DNA of 63,663 nt, the filler included, from Bigelowiella natans CCMP2755 (Eukaryota; Protista; Cercozoa), in the NCBI GenBank assembly GCA_000320545.1. It is 5 parts of 5 records of this genome, joined end to end, with 100 filler letters (N's around TTAATTAATTAA, not from the genome) between each part and the next. Parts side by side here need not be neighbours in the genome. Positions count along the whole stretch, not along the records: positions 48,295 to 61,706 come from ADNK01000567.1; positions 61,807 to 63,663 come from ADNK01001343.1; 3 more parts are not named here. The stretch is one strand, 5' to 3'. The position numbers and the translations under genes were made by a program. Positions within the stretch are counted from its first letter, which is position 1; each line of letters opens with the position of its first letter. Below are positions 54,288 to 63,663 of this stretch, piece after piece. The notes beneath the pieces are model-generated. The model was not told the DNA's origin. It made no database searches and saw only the letters and a program-made list of their open reading frames with translations.

Positions 54288-54932
54288 TTCTTAACTTTTG
54301 TGAGACTGGACGATTACGGAAGGGGTTGCGGCAGGAGAAGGCTTTTCGCACATTTACTCCCAGGGAGGACGATCGACTCGACATCTCATTACTATTACCA
54401 CGTATGTTAAGAAACTTTCCAGATAGGGATCTGGAGAAGCGACCCACGACGCAGCTCATCGCGGTAGCGCCTTTTGCGGGTTCGGAGGCGGAGGCGGAGG
54501 GCTGGGGAGAGGAGGGGAGGGATATGGTTGTCAAAGCCGTCAAATCCTCGGATGTGCATCATCCCGAGAAGCAGAGAGAATATGCGGTGAATTACCTGGC
54601 ATTTCATTACCAGCGACACGGACATGATCTTGTCGCATCTAACACATCCGCAACTCCGCACGATTCCCACACCCGTTACATGTGCTCCTCATGCTACTTT
54701 TTCAGGAAGTACGGGAGTTTGTCGTAAAATATAGGGCGTTTTTTAAGTGCGTCAAGGTGCGACGCAGAAGTTTTATTAGTACGACAATAAAGGGGGATCA
54801 ACTGTACAGAGCAGAACGTCCTGGCGGGCCCCCCTATCGACTTGCCTCACAGATCCTGGCCGCAACAGGGAGATAAGAGGGGGGTGGGGGGAGATAGCGA
54901 CGATAAAATCGTCAAGGAGCAGGGTATAAAAT

Positions 54933-60911
<5,979 letters not shown>

Positions 60912-61187
60912 TGATGATGCTGATGCTGATGCTGCTGCTCTACCAATTCCATGCTCTGACATTCTGCTCCTCGAGGAGCAACCACACTTTTGCTTTCTGG
61001 GCAAGAGTCATTCATGATGGGATGGCTGTTCTTGCTATTTGGGTTCAGTGAGTGCCAAATATCCAACCGCTGCGGCTGTGGAGGAGATCGATGGCGACGA
61101 TGCAGCTGCTATTCCTATGTATGTTGATTACTCCACACTTTTTAGAGAACATATTACACGCGCACGGACACACACACAAACACACAT

Positions 61188-61413
<226 letters not shown>

Positions 61414-61519
61414 GCACGTAGTTGTCGTAGTAGCTTCTAACCGCCACATCGGCAAAAGTTGGTATCTCGGCCCACACCTAACAGCACATCAGGAAAAGCA
61501 AAAATTGCACCGTGATTAT

Positions 61520-61559
61520 TCGGATCAAAGCTTGTAGAATCGGATCAAAGCTTGTAGAA
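61520..61559. repeat. Perfect 20-bp tandem duplication
   Basis: tcggatcaaagcttgtagaa occurs twice. Confidence 0.9.
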
Positions 61560-61706
61560 GCGGCGACGTTTTCGCTGAGGGTTGACGGTGAAAGAGCTGT
61601 CGCGTCTGTGCTTGCCCTAGCAGTGATAGTCCATCTTCGGTCGCCCTCACCTCTAGCTGGGTGTTAGAAATACGAGATCAGTTTGTTGTTGTTGTTGTTG
61701 GCGGTG

Positions 61707-61806
61707 NNNNNNNNNNNNNNNNNNNNNNNNNNNNNNNNNNNNNNNNNNNNTTAATTAATTAANNNNNNNNNNNNNNNNNNNNNNNNNNNNNNNNNNNNNN
61801 NNNNNN
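61707..61806. other. Assembly gap linker
   Basis: N44-TTAATTAATTAA-N44. Confidence 0.97.
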
Positions 61807-61859
61807 CGTGTCCCACGGCGGCCTATACTGTAGTCAATCGTCAGCGAGATATTTATTCA

Positions 61860-63441
61860 AGTTACATGATATGGCAGGATAAACTCGCCTCAGACTTTGG
61901 ACGTCTCAGTCGTCGCCAGGGGCATTTTGCGGGATCTGCTGCAGCGCATTTGAGAATGAGGAGGAGTATCAACGACATCTCGCACAGCACACATCGGCTA
62001 GCACTAGGTTTCGTAAATCTCTCCGTGAGAGAGAGAGAGAGCGTGACGTTGGTTGCAGAGCTTTGGCGTGTACAAGGAACGTGATCGAAAGTGCTTGCTC
62101 TGGGGAGCGACTGCAGAGGGCGCAAGTGATTTTCGGGATCTACGACGAGAAAGGGACGGTAACGAACGACAGTAGAAGATGATCAGAGGCCTAGAAGCAA
62201 GTTTTTCAGTATTGATTGGCTGACTGAATGAGTATGAAATTGTGTGCGCTGACACGCAAACACCCCCTTGCGCGCGACCTCATCACACCGACCCCATTAC
62301 TACCACCACCACCACCACCACCATCAGCATCGTCATCATAATTCTCACTATCATTGACGACGATGTCGTCCCATCAGCGGCGCGTTCAACATTGACGAAG
62401 CGCGGTCGGTGTATGAGGCCTTTTTCATGGCATCCAAGCCGGTATTGCACACGCACGTCTCTCTGGCCAAAACTCACGTCACGGGGGAAACACTACGCTG
62501 CCGCCATGCTATGATCTCGCAAGAATTTCCGATAGATTTTGGATTCCTTAGATTATTCATCATCACGTGTGCTGCCGCTGCTCATGAATTGGACGCTGCC
62601 ACTGTTGGCGGTCGTCAGACTTCCGTTCTATTTTTTTGATTGTATTATTTATTTTCCCCCGTTTGTGTGCGCTTCTCTCGAAATGCGTTGAGCAGGTGGC
62701 TAAGCTACTAGGGCTGGGGGACACGGAAGAAAACATAAGATCTCGTCTCCGGCCGCACATGGACAAAGTCGTACAGCATGCCCCGATGAGAAGTGTCATT
62801 TTGACGATGAGAGTTTTTCACCGCGAAAAAGAAGGCGTGGTGGGGGAGAGAGTGTACACGCAAGAAGGGCATCGCAGCGCTTTCTCTTTGCTACTTTCCT
62901 CACTTGTATCCTCCCTTTGACTATGGTGAATGATTTGTTACACCTGGTGGTCCCGAGTTCGTGGTTCTTGGGAGATGTTACTCTGAACGCTTCTTCCTCC
63001 TCTCCTTCTCCCCACCTTCCCCCTCCTCCTCCTTGCATAAATACAAAGGCGCTGCTGCAGATGTTTGCAGACCTTGACCCTGAAGGCAGCGGCGAAATAG
63101 ATCTCGAGGTGCTGTTCTTCTCTTCCCCTGTCACATCACCCGTCCACACAACAAGCCTACGCGCGCGCGCCGTGTGCAGCCCAAACGACGCGCATGATTG
63201 ATCTCTACTCCAAGCTCTTCTCGTGCTTTTTTGTTGTGCTCTCACCAAAATTTTGAACTCCTCCCGTCCGGCCCCCAAAGAGCAAGGATGCGCGAATCAA
63301 CCTTGTTTTTTTGGGGGGGGGGTTATGGTTTGTTTTGTCTCTTGGAATAACAACGATGATAATGATAATGATGATCAGGCTTTCTCGGATGGGTTCCAGA
63401 AAGGGAAGGTGTTGCCAATGTTCACGGGGAATAATGAGTGA
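61860..63441 (+). CDS. EF-hand-containing protein, 3' exons only
   Basis: ALLQMFADLDPEGSGEIDLE|AFSDGF is an EF-hand loop (DxxGSGxIDxxxF) with Ala rather than Glu at position 12. Upstream exons: FNIDEARSVYEAFF and VAKLLGLGDTEENIRSRL. Confidence 0.55.
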
Positions 63442-63663
63442 CGGGCGCTCGCTAAGCCAAGGTGCTGATGATCGATACTTCTAAACAGGGAGGTGCTATA
63501 TATGATCGATGACCGCTTCGTAGTATGTCTCTATCAAACAAAGAACGGAGTAACAACGATGCGTGATGATGCTAGTAGCATTGCGCGCATCTTCCAACCA
63601 CTGTAGCATGCTAGGGTGGGTGACATGCATGGAGGTTATTATCATTGGGGGCATTCATGTTGA

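Noticed and set aside
54017-54727. 236-aa plus-strand ORF
   Set aside because: It is largely antisense to the first FDXR exons and promoter, with no recognisable motif.

Overview
Eukaryotic nuclear DNA, gene-dense and intron-rich, with many microsatellite-filled introns. Four 100-bp artificial N44-TTAATTAATTAA-N44 linkers split the window into five contigs. A RETICULATA-family plastid protein with a signal peptide plus transit-like leader points to an alga with a secondary plastid, plausibly a chlorarachniophyte such as Bigelowiella (inference). Recognisable genes: XRCC4, a RETICULATA-related (DUF3411) protein, a plant/bacterial-type glutaminyl cyclase, a divergent DEAD-box helicase head-to-head with an intronless eIF4A, CKS1, a PPR protein, a Tudor-like protein, an HPC2/ubinuclein-like protein, adrenodoxin reductase (FDXR), a NEK6/7-type kinase that splices in frame into an IFT57-like N-terminal domain, and an EF-hand protein. 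The most unusual signals are compositional. (1) A ~1.5-kb island is almost devoid of TpA, with none in 971 bp, while CpG and CC/GG are retained; this is the opposite of fungal RIP. (2) Recurrent intergenic tracts are strongly CTAG-rich and CC/GG-poor. They lie downstream of gene 3' ends and are absent from the head-to-head promoter regions. Together these suggest context-specific hypermutation of silent DNA. All exon models and counts were made by eye.
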